A stretch of 64,000 nt of DNA from Syntrophorhabdaceae bacterium (GCA_963665295.1 OY762209.1:5312001-5376000), one strand, 5' to 3'; positions 1 through 10,534 are shown, counted from the first letter of the stretch. The notes: a model not told the origin generated them from the letters alone. Numbers and translations are program-made.

Positions 1-479
1 CGTGTCCGAACACGGATCATCCGGGCACACAATTCCTTCACCGGGACGGGATGTTCACCCATGGAAAGGGCGTATTCAATCCGGTTGACTGGAAGGCGCC
101 CGCAGAGGTCCCTGATGAGGACTATCCCTTCGTTCTCAGCACCGGTCGCCGTCTGTTCCACTATCACACCCGTACGCAGACAGGACGGTCAGGAATGGAC
201 GAGCTCGTGTCGGAAGAGACCGCCGATATCTCCCAGGCCGATGCGGAGAAGCTGGGTATAGAACATGGAGAGTACGTCAAGGTCCGGTCCCGCCGGGGCG
301 AGGTAAAGGTCAAAGCCAATGTAACCCCCCAGGTGCCACCTGGTATGATATGGATGGCCTTTCATTTCCGCGAGGGATGCGCGAACTGGTTGACCAATGC
401 GGTCTACGATCCTGTAACTTTTACCGCGGAGTACAAGGCCTGCGCAGTAAACCTGGAAAAGCTCCAGGCTCCGGGGTAA
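1..479 (+). CDS. Formate dehydrogenase alpha subunit / molybdopterin oxidoreductase, C-terminal part (5' end outside window)
   Basis: Frame open from base 3 (CPNTDHPGTQFLH...). Motifs LSTGRRLFHYHTRTQT and ANWLTN...EYKACAV of the molybdopterin dinucleotide-binding domain; FdhD nearby. Confidence 0.85.
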   Translation, partial: CPNTDHPGTQFLHRDGMFTHGKGVFNPVDWKAPAEVPDEDYPFVLSTGRRLFHYHTRTQTGRSGMDELVSEETADISQADAEKLGIEHGEYVKVRSRRGEVKVKANVTPQVPPGMIWMAFHFREGCANWLTNAVYDPVTFTAEYKACAVNLEKLQAPG

Positions 480-493
480 GCGGCTTTTAAGGC

Positions 494-1111
494 ATGGACA
501 CATGTATTCTTGATCATACTTTTGAAGAATACCTGGAAATCGTGACAAGATTCCACGGTGGTGAAGCCCCCGGTGTAATCATCGGGGGCTTCATGGTGGA
601 TCTCGCCCTAAGGAACCTCCCGGATGGCATCCTCTATGATGCCATCTGTGAAACCCGCTCCTGCCTGCCTGATGCCATCCAGATCCTCACACCCTGCACG
701 GTGGGGAATGGCTGGCTCAAGATCATTCCTTTGGGACGTTTCGCCATGTCCCTGTATAACAAACAGGATTATCACGGCATAAGGGTCTTTATGGACGCGG
801 AGAAACTGGAGGCATGGCAGGAAATAAAAGCCTGGTTCTTTAAGCTGAAGACCAAGAAAGAACAGGCGAGAGAAGACATTATCCGTGAGATCCGTGAGGC
901 GGGCGCGAGTATTCTGGGTAGCCATCCCGTAAACGTTCAGCCCGAAGCAGTAATAAAGGCACATAAGGGAATAATCAGGGTATGTCCCCAATGCGGAGAA
1001 GCATATCCATCCGATGAAGGTGGATTGTGTCTTGCGTGCCGGGGAGCAAATCCCTATCAGCCCGTGAATACCCCGGAACAGGCCGGGAAAAGTGGGGAGA
1101 TCGCGTCCTGA
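494..1111 (+). CDS. FmdE (formylmethanofuran dehydrogenase subunit E) family protein with C-terminal Cys finger
   Basis: FHGGEAPG, CETRSCLPDAIQILTPCTVGNG and CPQCGE...CLAC motifs. Confidence 0.85.
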   Translation: MDTCILDHTFEEYLEIVTRFHGGEAPGVIIGGFMVDLALRNLPDGILYDAICETRSCLPDAIQILTPCTVGNGWLKIIPLGRFAMSLYNKQDYHGIRVFMDAEKLEAWQEIKAWFFKLKTKKEQAREDIIREIREAGASILGSHPVNVQPEAVIKAHKGIIRVCPQCGEAYPSDEGGLCLACRGANPYQPVNTPEQAGKSGEIAS

Positions 1112-1214
1112 TCCAACACTGCTGTTTCGATTACCTGAGAAGAAGCAATCATTCATACCCCGTCCCTCCTGGGGCCGGGGTATTTCACCTTCAGAAGAAG
1201 GGGGAGCGGCACGC

Positions 1215-2051
1215 ATGAAGGGTCATTCAGGAGAAGGAGGGGCGCCGGGGAGCGCGGCCGACGTCCCTGTAACCGCCTATTCGGACGGGGAGCGCTCGGA
1301 GGTGCATAACCTCATCGCCGTAGAGGAACCTCTCGAGGTTTTCATCAACAACACCCTCTTTTACACCACTATGCGGACGCCGGGAGAAGAAATATTCCTT
1401 GCCCTTGGCTATTGTTTCACCCGGGGCGTCATAGACTCCATCGATGATGTCCTCAGTCTTGCCTATTGCAGGGAGGGAACAGGAAACCGGATCGACCTTT
1501 TTCTTCCTTCAGATAAAGAGGGTAAGAGTCGCGTTGTGACGCCGAGAACTTTCACGGCTTATTCGAGCTGCGGCATCTGTGGATCCGACATAGTCAGGGA
1601 TATGAGTACTCTCCTTCCGAAGAAGGAAACGACGCTCTTCATAGGAGCCGGCAAGATACTTCTCTTCCACCGGACCCTGGAGAGCAGACAGGACGTGTTC
1701 CATGCCACCGGAGGCGCCCAGGCTGCCGGTATCTTCGACCCAACGGGCAACCTCCTTGCCTTCTCCGAGGACGTGGGAAGGCACAATGCCCTTGATAAGG
1801 CTATCGGACGGCTTGTGGCGGAGCGGAAACTTGATGAGCCCTCCGTGGTGGTCCTCACGTCGAGGCTGAGCTATGAAATGGTCCAGAAAGTTACCCGTAT
1901 CAACGCGGAGGTCCTTATCGGGGTTTCCTCGGCTACATCGCTCGCGGTAAGCCTGGCCCGGACCGTCAATCTCACCCTCGTCGGATTCTCGCGAAAAGAG
2001 AAAGGCATCATCTATACATGCCCCGAACGGATACTCCCGAACCACTCCTGA
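1215..2051 (+). CDS. fdhD: Formate dehydrogenase accessory sulfurtransferase FdhD
   Basis: EEPLE, TMRTPG, SSCGICG, EDVGRHNALDKAIG motifs. Start moved to ATG 1215 (GGGGAG upstream). Confidence 0.92.
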   Translation: MKGHSGEGGAPGSAADVPVTAYSDGERSEVHNLIAVEEPLEVFINNTLFYTTMRTPGEEIFLALGYCFTRGVIDSIDDVLSLAYCREGTGNRIDLFLPSDKEGKSRVVTPRTFTAYSSCGICGSDIVRDMSTLLPKKETTLFIGAGKILLFHRTLESRQDVFHATGGAQAAGIFDPTGNLLAFSEDVGRHNALDKAIGRLVAERKLDEPSVVVLTSRLSYEMVQKVTRINAEVLIGVSSATSLAVSLARTVNLTLVGFSRKEKGIIYTCPERILPNHS

Positions 2052-2080
2052 TTGAAAGCGCCCGGGACCGCGGGCATATT

Positions 2081-4189
2081 TCACCGGGGCTGGGTGACGG
2101 GCGGTGACATATTTGAGGCGTCATGTTCGTCGGCGTCCGCGAACTCGATGGCAATCCCCTTGAATTCGCCTTCCACTGCGACGAAGGCGTCAACCACCGA
2201 GGGATCGAAGAAAACCCCTTTCAACTGTGTTATCATGGCCACTGCCTCTTCATGACTGAAAGGGGGTTTGTACACGCGCTGGGATACCAGGGCATCATAT
2301 ACATCCGCGATAGCCATTACCCTCCCCGACAGGGGGATATCCTCTCCCATCAGATGTTCGGGATACCCCGTCCCATCCCATTTTTCGTGGTGGGTATACG
2401 CCATTTCCTTCGCAAGGTCCAAAAAGGAGCTGTTGGTTCCGGTCCCGAACTTCTTCTCAGCCCTCTGAATCGCATCCCGTCCATATGAGGTATGTTTTTT
2501 CATCTCTTCAAATTCCTCCGCCGTAAGCTTTCCGGGTTTATGAAGGATATGGTCGGATACACCCACCTTTCCGATATCATGAAGGGGGGCGGACTTATAG
2601 AGGTTCTCCAGGGTCTCACTGTCAAGCAGTCCCGCGAAAGCATGGTTGTGGGACAACGCGGCGCACAGAGCCGCGACATAGCGCTGAGTCCTCAAGATGT
2701 GTCCCCCTGTCTCGCTGTCCCTCGCCTCCGTGAGCGATGCGAGGCAGCGGATCGTAAAGTCCTGAGTGAGGGTTAATTCCCTGCTCCTTAACTTCGCCTT
2801 TCGTTCCTCACGCCAGAATTTGAGCAAGGTGATGAGGGAAAAATCAGCCCCCAGGGTAATGAGGGGGACCACAGGAGAAAGGAAGGCGCCCGACCCATGG
2901 AGTATCCATGAGGAGGAGTGCCATAACCCTATCGCCCCCAGGCAAAGGAAGGCAAGGCTCCACAACGCCCCCGTCCAGGTAAGAAGGAGGGTGCAAAAGA
3001 ATCCGGCCCCCAGAATCAGCAACACCTCGAGAGCAGGCGCCCAATTCGGCCGGAAGAAGAAATCTCCGCTCAGGATGTTTTCCACAATGGTGGCATGAAC
3101 TTCTACGCCCGGCAACACGGTATCGACGGGGGTCGGGTGAAGATCGGCGAGTCCGACCGCTGAAGCGCCCACGAAGACGATTCGCCCTTTTACCCGATTA
3201 CTTCCGACAGCCCCTGAGAGAACGTCCGCTGCGGAAACGGAATCCAGGGTCCTGCTCTTCCCCCGGTACCGGATCAGCAGGTTGCCCCTCGCGTCGAGGG
3301 GTACCACCTTTCCGCCGAAACGGAGCGATTCGATCCCTCCCCGGTCCACGTGAAGAGTGAACTGCTTTATTTCAAGGGCCCGTGTGAGGGCGGCCAGGGC
3401 GAGGCTCGGAAAGAATTCGTTGTGGTACCCGATTACAAGCGGGACCCGGCGTATCACCCCATCCGTATCGGGAATTATGTTAAGAAATCCGGAACAGGAA
3501 ACCGCTCGCGCGAGAACTCCTATATTGCAGACCGCGCCCTGCCCCTGATAAAGAAACAGGGTATCTTTCACACCGCCTTTTCCCCCGGTCACCGCCACGT
3601 TGATCGGATTAAGGAGACAGCCGGCATGAAGCGGAGATTGTGACGCGGAAAATGAGAACTTGTACGCCAGCACAAAGGGTCCCCGGGAGAGGACCTGTGA
3701 GAGGGCCTTGTCGTTGTCCATAAACGATTCGGGAACACCGTTCATGGGCACTGTAAAATCGAGTTCCCGGTAGATATCCCTCCGGATAACCGCGAGGGAA
3801 GTCCGGTCGGGTTCCGCGAAAATCATGTCGAGGCCGATGCTCGATGCACCCAGACCTTCAATCTTTTCGAGCAGTCTCGCAAGGCGGTACCGGGGCCATG
3901 GCCACTGACCGTATTCGGACAGGCTCCGTTCATCGAGATCGACTACAAGCGGGGCCCGGGCCTTATCACGGATCTGTTCAGGCCTCTCTCTGAGCATGGT
4001 GTCATAGAATCTGTTGTCGAGAAACTCGATGAAGGCGGGCTTGAAGAGGTAGAAGAAGACCATGGCAACCGTAAGTATGGAACTGGCCAGTATGATTACT
4101 TTACGGGCCTTGCCCGGCCCCTGAAGCATAATATTGCGCCACATTCCGCTGCCCTTCATGAACGGCTCGCCTCGTCTTCGCCCTGACAT
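2081..4189 (-). CDS. CHASE2-domain membrane HD-GYP cyclic-dinucleotide phosphodiesterase
   Basis: GQWPWPR, DxDGVIRRVPL and PGVEVHA (CHASE2), three TM helices, HDIGKVG, HHEKWDGTGYP, RVYK. Start uncertain. Confidence 0.9.
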   Translation of the reverse strand: MSGRRRGEPFMKGSGMWRNIMLQGPGKARKVIILASSILTVAMVFFYLFKPAFIEFLDNRFYDTMLRERPEQIRDKARAPLVVDLDERSLSEYGQWPWPRYRLARLLEKIEGLGASSIGLDMIFAEPDRTSLAVIRRDIYRELDFTVPMNGVPESFMDNDKALSQVLSRGPFVLAYKFSFSASQSPLHAGCLLNPINVAVTGGKGGVKDTLFLYQGQGAVCNIGVLARAVSCSGFLNIIPDTDGVIRRVPLVIGYHNEFFPSLALAALTRALEIKQFTLHVDRGGIESLRFGGKVVPLDARGNLLIRYRGKSRTLDSVSAADVLSGAVGSNRVKGRIVFVGASAVGLADLHPTPVDTVLPGVEVHATIVENILSGDFFFRPNWAPALEVLLILGAGFFCTLLLTWTGALWSLAFLCLGAIGLWHSSSWILHGSGAFLSPVVPLITLGADFSLITLLKFWREERKAKLRSRELTLTQDFTIRCLASLTEARDSETGGHILRTQRYVAALCAALSHNHAFAGLLDSETLENLYKSAPLHDIGKVGVSDHILHKPGKLTAEEFEEMKKHTSYGRDAIQRAEKKFGTGTNSSFLDLAKEMAYTHHEKWDGTGYPEHLMGEDIPLSGRVMAIADVYDALVSQRVYKPPFSHEEAVAMITQLKGVFFDPSVVDAFVAVEGEFKGIAIEFADADEHDASNMSPPVTQPR

Positions 4190-4213
4190 GGGGTATTCCT
4201 CCGTGGGGTCCGA

Positions 4214-4837
4214 CTATCGAACAGTCACCTCGACCCTTCTGTTCTTCGGTTCGGGAACGTTATCAAGGGTTTTGATTATCGGATTGTCCTCTCCATGGGA
4301 GTCGATTTCTATGAAACGGGGGTCAACCCCCTTAGATACAAGGAGGGTCTTGATGCGCTCAGCCCTCTCAAAAGAAATCTCATAGTTCTTTTGTCTCGTC
4401 CCCACCCGGTCGGTATGACCCACTACGCTTATGTCGGTCGATTTTCGGGACTGGATCGCGGCGAGAAGGCCGGATATCGATTGCGCCGATTCCCCGGCAA
4501 GCTCGCTCGACCCTGTTTTGAAATAGAGGACAAATATTTCCGGCTGCGCGGGTTGTGCTGCAAGGGCGGCCCCAAAGATCCTTGATATTGTCTTCTCATC
4601 CATGGGTTGGGCTGTGGTTGGGCGGGTAACCGCGTCCTTCACCTCCGTCGAATGATTCGCCCTGTCGATAGTTTCAGTTCCCGCCTTGTTGGAGACGGTA
4701 ATCGTGCCTGTCTTACCGTCAGGATCGGCAACCAGGACTACAAGGTTCTTCGGCGCGGTCGAGCATGCCGACAGGAGAAAAAGCAGGAGAAGGACCATAG
4801 CCGACATGGGCTTGGCTGCATGGATAAAGGATTTCAT
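4214..4837 (-). CDS. OmpA-family lipoprotein
   Basis: LSAC lipobox; GHTDRVG, SFERA, NRRVEV. Confidence 0.88.
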   Translation of the reverse strand: MKSFIHAAKPMSAMVLLLLFLLSACSTAPKNLVVLVADPDGKTGTITVSNKAGTETIDRANHSTEVKDAVTRPTTAQPMDEKTISRIFGAALAAQPAQPEIFVLYFKTGSSELAGESAQSISGLLAAIQSRKSTDISVVGHTDRVGTRQKNYEISFERAERIKTLLVSKGVDPRFIEIDSHGEDNPIIKTLDNVPEPKNRRVEVTVR

Positions 4838-4859
4838 GGAACGCACGTCCCCCTTTGGA

Positions 4860-5306
4860 TCACTCGTCATCAATCTTGACGAGAAATTTGGTGCCCCGGA
4901 TACCGACAGTCGCAACGGGGGTCTCGAACCGCACGGATTGGGGCGAAAGACGTCCGATAATCCCGGAAACGTATGCTACCGTCCCCCTTATCATTCGCGT
5001 AACAATGGAAAGTTTTTCCTGGGCAGGGTTAAAAAGAAACTCGTCGATCACAATCTCGGTCCGAGGCCCGAGAGAAAACGTCGTATTGTCCTTGAAGGTT
5101 ATGCCCAGAGAACTGTCGGGCCCTGTCCGGAGGGTGTCACCTTTATAGAGATTCTCTTCCAGTTTTACTGCGAGCACCTTGCCCTGTCTCGCAACCAGCG
5201 CCTCACCGCTCACGGTCTTGACCCTCGCCACAACAGCCTGGGAATCGGCAAAGGCAGCGCCCGACGCGAAAAGGATGATGCACATCCCCATAACGACCAG
5301 TCTCAT
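4860..5306 (-). CDS. Secreted FecR-domain protein
   Basis: Signal peptide, GDTLRTG...DNTTFSLGPRT, TPVATVGIRGTKF. Confidence 0.85.
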   Translation of the reverse strand: MRLVVMGMCIILFASGAAFADSQAVVARVKTVSGEALVARQGKVLAVKLEENLYKGDTLRTGPDSSLGITFKDNTTFSLGPRTEIVIDEFLFNPAQEKLSIVTRMIRGTVAYVSGIIGRLSPQSVRFETPVATVGIRGTKFLVKIDDE

Positions 5307-5592
5307 ATACACTCCTCTCAGGGTTCCCGTAAATTTCATCAATATTGATGTAATCTTACAGAAACTTCTTGTCCTTGTCAATTTACGGATGCCTGTTGAG
5401 CAAGCCGGGCAAGGTAACACCCGGAGCATGGCGGCCTCTCCTCCCCGTATGCCCCTGTTGTCATGCCCGAAATGTGCGCAAGAAAGGTTTGATTGTCATG
5501 AAAGGCATTTGATATACTGATTGTGGATGAAAGACAAAAAGTCCGGGCGACTTGAAACGCATGGGGCAGTGCGGGGTTGGAGGGGGCGGGAA

Positions 5593-6273
5593 ATGAAATA
5601 CGTGGTCCTTTTTCTTGCGGGCTTTTTCGCAATTGCCTCACTCGCCTCCTGCGCGGCCCCGACAAGGACTACCTTCGGGCCTATAGCAGACCCTCTCTCC
5701 AAAGTAGAACCCCCTCCACGGCGTCGTGAACCGCCGAAGAACGTCTTTGTTCTCATAGAAGACCATGAAGGCAAGACAGGGAGGATTACTGTGGGGAACA
5801 AGGAAGGGACCCAGGATATCACCCGGCCGGGACTCGCCGCGGAAGTAAAAGATGCCGCCAGTTCTCCCGCTCCCCCTACGCTCATGAGCGAAGAGGAGAT
5901 CAATAGGATCTTCGGCGCCGCCCTGTCGGCGCTGCCTCGGCCTCCCCTGACGTTTACACTCTATTTCAAAAACGGTTCGACCGACTTCACGGAAGAATAT
6001 GCGAAGGGTTTTCCTTCTGTTCTCGCTGCCATCGATGCGAGGAAATCAAGGGAAATCGTCGTGACAGGACATGCCGACAGGGTGGGCACGAGACAGAGAA
6101 ACTATGACCTTTCCCGCAACAGGGCTCAAAGGGTCAAAGAAATCCTCACGTCAAAAGGCATTGATCCGGAGGCCGTAGAGACCGAGTGGCACGGAGAGGA
6201 CGAACCTCTCGTCAAAACCGACGATGAAGTGGCGGAACCGAGGAACCGCAGGGTCGAAGTTACCGTAAGGTAG
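5593..6273 (+). CDS. OmpA-family lipoprotein (paralog of 4214-4837)
   Basis: LASC lipobox; GHADRVG, NRRVEVTVR; visibly similar to the first OmpA. Confidence 0.88.
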   Translation: MKYVVLFLAGFFAIASLASCAAPTRTTFGPIADPLSKVEPPPRRREPPKNVFVLIEDHEGKTGRITVGNKEGTQDITRPGLAAEVKDAASSPAPPTLMSEEEINRIFGAALSALPRPPLTFTLYFKNGSTDFTEEYAKGFPSVLAAIDARKSREIVVTGHADRVGTRQRNYDLSRNRAQRVKEILTSKGIDPEAVETEWHGEDEPLVKTDDEVAEPRNRRVEVTVR

Positions 6274-6362
6274 CCTTTTACCTGCGCGAGGGTTAAGATT
6301 CACGGGGCATGAAAGGCGAGCGGACACACAACTCCCCATTCGTGCAGGAAAGGCCTGAAAGG

Positions 6363-7370
6363 CTAATAGCCCACCACTGCCATGCCTTCGGAAAACCGGG
6401 ACACCTGTGTAAACCGCGGACTGATCGCCATGGTCCCGTCCGTCCTGATGAAACCCCATACATTCTCCACCAGTACGGCCGCGAGCCCTTCCGAGAAGTC
6501 TTCCCCGTAGTAGAAGACCGGATCGATGACAATCCTTCCGGCCTTGTCGATATACCCGTACTTCGCTCCCTGCTTCACAACCGCCCGCCCATCCCGGAAG
6601 TTACCCGCCCATTCAAAACGGAGAGGGATGATTTCCCTCCCGACTTTGTCAATGAAACTCCAGTTTGTCCCTTTCCTCACCCGGGCGAGGCCCTCCCGGA
6701 AGTTGTCGGTTTCAAAATAAAGGGTTTCAATGACCGTTTTTCCGCTCCTGTCCACAAAACCCCAGTACGTGCCCCGCTGCACGCGGGCGAGGCCCTCCGA
6801 AAAATCATCGGCGTCATCAAACTGAAAATCTATGACCATCTTTCCATCCTTCGATATATATCCCCATTTTTCCCCCACCTGCGCCCGAGCAAGGCCCTCC
6901 GCAAATCTTCCTGCGCCGTTAAATCCGGAGCCAATGACATATTTCCCTTCCCCGTTGATCCAACCGTATTTCCTACCTGTTCCCGCTGAGGCAAGGCCTT
7001 CGGAGAAATCACCGGCGTCAGTAAACTGGGGATGGACCGCGTAGTATCCCGATCTATGCACATACCCCCACTTGCCTCCCGCCTTCACGCGGGCGAGGCC
7101 TTCCTTGAAGGGCCCCCTGTCTTCAAACCGGACGCCTATGACCGTCTTTCCTTTTCTGTCGATGTAGCCCCATCTCCCTGCAATAGCCGTGGCCGCAAGC
7201 CCTTCGGAAAAGGGATCGGCCTCGATGAACCTTCGATCCAACGCCGTTCTCCCTGTCTTATCGATAAACCGGCACTCCAGGGCGGGGGTTGTTATCCCCT
7301 GGTCCAGGGTGCTGCACGACACGAGGCCAAACATGACCAGGGCCATGACAAAGATGGCGGTCCCTCTCAT
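6363..7370 (-). CDS. WG-repeat (WG_beta_rep) lipoprotein
   Basis: LVSC lipobox; about 8 repeats of FSEGLA.V....WGYID..G. Confidence 0.9.
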   Translation of the reverse strand: MRGTAIFVMALVMFGLVSCSTLDQGITTPALECRFIDKTGRTALDRRFIEADPFSEGLAATAIAGRWGYIDRKGKTVIGVRFEDRGPFKEGLARVKAGGKWGYVHRSGYYAVHPQFTDAGDFSEGLASAGTGRKYGWINGEGKYVIGSGFNGAGRFAEGLARAQVGEKWGYISKDGKMVIDFQFDDADDFSEGLARVQRGTYWGFVDRSGKTVIETLYFETDNFREGLARVRKGTNWSFIDKVGREIIPLRFEWAGNFRDGRAVVKQGAKYGYIDKAGRIVIDPVFYYGEDFSEGLAAVLVENVWGFIRTDGTMAISPRFTQVSRFSEGMAVVGY

Positions 7371-7608
7371 AAATCCTCCTCCTCAGTCAGCAAAACAGTT
7401 CGTTCCGGAACCAAGACAGCCTTTCAAGATGTCCCGGGTCGTGCCTTCTTCCTCTCCCCTTTTGGGGACCTCTCTGTAAGCATACAGGAACAAAAGGACG
7501 GTTGCAAGCACGGCCCCCGTTGCCCGGGAGGGGAAAAATGAATATGTTTTCTGCAGGAGGCGGCGGATCACGGCAACAGGACCTCACTACAGGGAAAGGA
7601 GGAAAAGC

Positions 7609-8058
7609 ATGAAGTCGATGGGATATTCACGGAGAGCGCTCTCGGCCGCGGCATTGCTGGTCGCGTGGCCGTTACTGGTTTTCGCCCAACAAACGGGCGA
7701 GCCTTCGGCAAACTCAACCCCTGCCGCGCAGGAAGAGGCTGCCACAACGAAGCAGGACACGGGGACATCGGAAAAATCTTCGAGCACTTACAAAGGGGAG
7801 GCAAAGAAAGAGATAAAGGACCTCAACAGGAAGATAGCAGCCCTCGGCAGGCAGATCAGGAAGGAAAGAGCAAAGGCGGGGGCCGAGGCAAAGGAAAGTT
7901 GGAGGGACCTGAAGATAAAGCAGACGGAAGCGAAGAAACAATTGAAGGAGCTTTCATCCGCAAGAGAGGAAGCCTGGGAAGAGACAAAATCCGAGTTCCG
8001 CAAATCCGTCGACGAGGTCCGCAAGGCCTACGACAAGACCGCGTCGTACTTCAAATGA
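7609..8058 (+). CDS. Secreted charged coiled-coil hypothetical protein
   Basis: RBS AGGAGG, signal peptide, K/E-rich helical body. Confidence 0.7.
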   Translation: MKSMGYSRRALSAAALLVAWPLLVFAQQTGEPSANSTPAAQEEAATTKQDTGTSEKSSSTYKGEAKKEIKDLNRKIAALGRQIRKERAKAGAEAKESWRDLKIKQTEAKKQLKELSSAREEAWEETKSEFRKSVDEVRKAYDKTASYFK

Positions 8059-8064
8059 GTTTTC

Positions 8065-8108
8065 GAACGTGAAGGGCAGAACTGTTTCCTGTCCCGCCCT
8101 TCACGTTC
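8065..8108. terminator. Hairpin between convergent genes (probable bidirectional terminator)
   Basis: GAACGTGAAGGGC ... GCCCTTCACGTTC, 13-bp inverted repeat. Confidence 0.55.
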
Positions 8109-8159
8109 AGCGCAATCCTATACCCCTGATCCGGCGTCGCGCCATGACGCGTTGTGCCG

Positions 8160-8483
8160 TTACTTCTTGCTTTCCCTGGTCTTCCTGTCGTATTTGTCGC
8201 GAACCGCCTTGAGTTCATCCGGGGTTCGGCATATCTGTTCCGCCTGTACGGCTTCCATGTTCTTCAAAATGGAAAACCCGTATTTCTCGCTATATGTGGT
8301 CTGACCCCACACGACATCCTCAACCACGGAATGGTCCTCTTTCCTCATTACCTTCCAACCTTCCGGGGTTTCCCATGCCAAAGGTTCCTTTTCAACCGCC
8401 CTGACGATGGCGTCGGCGTCCAATGCACCTGCGCGCTCCACGGCAGCCTTTATAGAATAAAATAGACCTTCACGACGAATCAA
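8160..8483 (-). pseudogene. C-terminal remnant of a branched-chain-amino-acid-type ABC substrate-binding protein
   Basis: IKAAVERAGALDADAIV...ETPEG...MRKEDH resembles LivJ/K-family C-termini. No signal peptide or RBS; begins at the aldolase stop. Confidence 0.55.
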
Positions 8484-10006
8484 TCCGCCAGGTCGCCCGT
8501 ATCTTCCTTGACGCCTGCAACGGAAGAGGCTCCCGTCTTTTCCGGGTACGGCAGATGAAAATCATGTACCGTAATATATTGAGCGATCAAGTCTTTCGTA
8601 TCAACTACGCCGAGTTGCCCGAACAAGAAGGCAAACTGGTCGTAGAGCTTCTCGGCGACGCCTGCCCGGACCTCTTCCGGCATGGTCCACACCATCCATT
8701 TGAAAGGGCCTGTGGCCTGTTTACGGGTGCTGTAGGCAAACTGGGCAAAGGTCTTACCGGCCTTCCACTCTCCCCTGAATTTGTCCGCGAGAAACTGTTC
8801 TATCTCGCTTTGCAGGCCTTTCACTTTATAGATCCCGCCGTCGAAGGTGATATTCTGAAAACCGGTGGCGAGATGAACCTCTACCGCCTTATGCTTCGGA
8901 AACAGGCTGAAGGCGTTATCCGGCAACGTGGACGCTCCATGCTGAACCGAACCGGCCCATCCGTACTTCCTCCCGATGTCCGTTGCCATCTTCAATATGT
9001 CAAAGGCTATGGCTACATCGGCCACCGACCCGTCGGGAAGCGGTGTGCCTCCGTGGGCGGTGCCGTCATTCACCGCTATCTTCCGAATACCGAGGGCAGG
9101 GTCGATCCCCAACCGCTTCATATTCGCGATGATGCCTTCGGCGTACGCCTCGAGGTCTTCCTTTCTCGTGTTCATTTTTCCGACTTCGCCCGTTTCTCCC
9201 CCCAGCAACACCGTCCAGGGAATTCCAAGCTCCTTTTCCAGGGCCCTTACATCGGCGATCTTCTCGGCGGTCAATCTCGCGTTTTCCGCCTGCTGTTCTT
9301 CAAAGGAAAGATTTTCCTCGGTCCTCCGCTCAAAGGGGGACATATCGAGATCGATCGACCCGAAACCTGCGGCCAGTAAATCCCGAATAAGAGACCTGTG
9401 GGCATTTATTTCTTTCGTTGCCCCTTCTCCGCCATCCCTGACCGGTTTCGATTTCAACTGCACGTGGTCGCCCTGAAGGAAAAGGGGCCCCTGAAACCCT
9501 TCCAGCATCGCCGCTGCCTGAAGGACCGCGGCAAATTCCGCCGGGCTCTGACTGGTATAACCCATTTCGGAACGGGCTATTTCGATAATAAGCGCCCCGA
9601 CCTTATTGTCGTTGGCGGCCTTGAACAACGCCCTTGCGGTATCGAGTGCGCCCACACGGATATTGACTGCAGGAAAAGACATTTCCCTGGTTATCCGGCC
9701 CTCTGCTATGGCAACATATGCTTCCTGGGGAGATGCGAGTTTTACATTGAGCTGCTGCGCCGCTTCACCTATTATCCATCTGGATAGTGTCTGCACATCG
9801 GCGGGAGCGCTCTTCTCGCCAAAATCAACTGCGTTGGCCGCCAATGTCGGCAATGAACCCACAAAGGCATCCCTGTTTTCTATATGAATCGCGCCTTTAC
9901 TTACAGTTGCGCCTTTCAGGCCGTTGCTCAACAGATCGTTTCTATTCGCAAAAACCTTGATCGCCGACGTTTGATGGACCATATTCGCACCGATTCTTAA
10001 TGCCAT
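8480..10006 (-). CDS. Class II fructose-bisphosphate aldolase family protein with long N-terminal extension
   Basis: QGDH, GETGEVG, GTAHGG, VQHGAST and EVHLATGFQ motifs; RBS AGGGGG. Confidence 0.85.
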   Translation of the reverse strand: MALRIGANMVHQTSAIKVFANRNDLLSNGLKGATVSKGAIHIENRDAFVGSLPTLAANAVDFGEKSAPADVQTLSRWIIGEAAQQLNVKLASPQEAYVAIAEGRITREMSFPAVNIRVGALDTARALFKAANDNKVGALIIEIARSEMGYTSQSPAEFAAVLQAAAMLEGFQGPLFLQGDHVQLKSKPVRDGGEGATKEINAHRSLIRDLLAAGFGSIDLDMSPFERRTEENLSFEEQQAENARLTAEKIADVRALEKELGIPWTVLLGGETGEVGKMNTRKEDLEAYAEGIIANMKRLGIDPALGIRKIAVNDGTAHGGTPLPDGSVADVAIAFDILKMATDIGRKYGWAGSVQHGASTLPDNAFSLFPKHKAVEVHLATGFQNITFDGGIYKVKGLQSEIEQFLADKFRGEWKAGKTFAQFAYSTRKQATGPFKWMVWTMPEEVRAGVAEKLYDQFAFLFGQLGVVDTKDLIAQYITVHDFHLPYPEKTGASSVAGVKEDTGDLAD

Positions 10007-10327
10007 AATTATTTCCCCCTTTAAATCGTATTAGAAAACTGACAGGAATAGCTTTTCGGCATGACATAAGAATAGCAGAACAAAGGCAAACCATCAATAT
10101 ATTCTGAGCGCGACAGGGAGTAGGGAAGGCAAAAGCTGCCGCCATATCCGGCTCGTAAGGCCTTAACATCTCAGGGTCTATGCCCCTGGGCCGGTGTGAT
10201 CGGTCTTCGCGACGCCTCCGATAGCCCCATAATCTATCCGATAAGATATTGACTTCCGCCTGTATTCATGAGATAAGGTCTCAGAGCTAGAATTTTCCGG
10301 CTTCAATAAAAAAAGGGGTGTTAAAGC

Positions 10328-10534
10328 ATGGCAAAAGGAACAGTGAAGTGGTTCAACGATTCTAAAGGTTTTGGATTCATCTCCCAGGAGGACGGCGAAG
10401 ACATCTTTGTCCACCATTCAGCTATCCAGGGAGAAGGTTTTAAGTCTTTATCGGAAGGTGACGCCGTTGAATTTGAAATCGTGAAGGGACCGAAGGGCCT
10501 GAACGCCGCAAACGTGAGGAAGGTTAAATCCTAA
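10328..10534 (+). CDS. Cold-shock protein
   Basis: [12 protein letters not shown] and DIFVHHSAI (RNP1/RNP2). Confidence 0.97.
   Translation: MAKGTVKWFNDSKGFGFISQEDGEDIFVHHSAIQGEGFKSLSEGDAVEFEIVKGPKGLNAANVRKVKS

Noticed and set aside
1..479. Selenocysteine recoding in the formate dehydrogenase
   Set aside because: The relevant N-terminal region is outside the window and no in-frame TGA is visible.
6363..7370. DNA repeat array
   Set aside because: The periodicity is explained by protein-level WG repeats.
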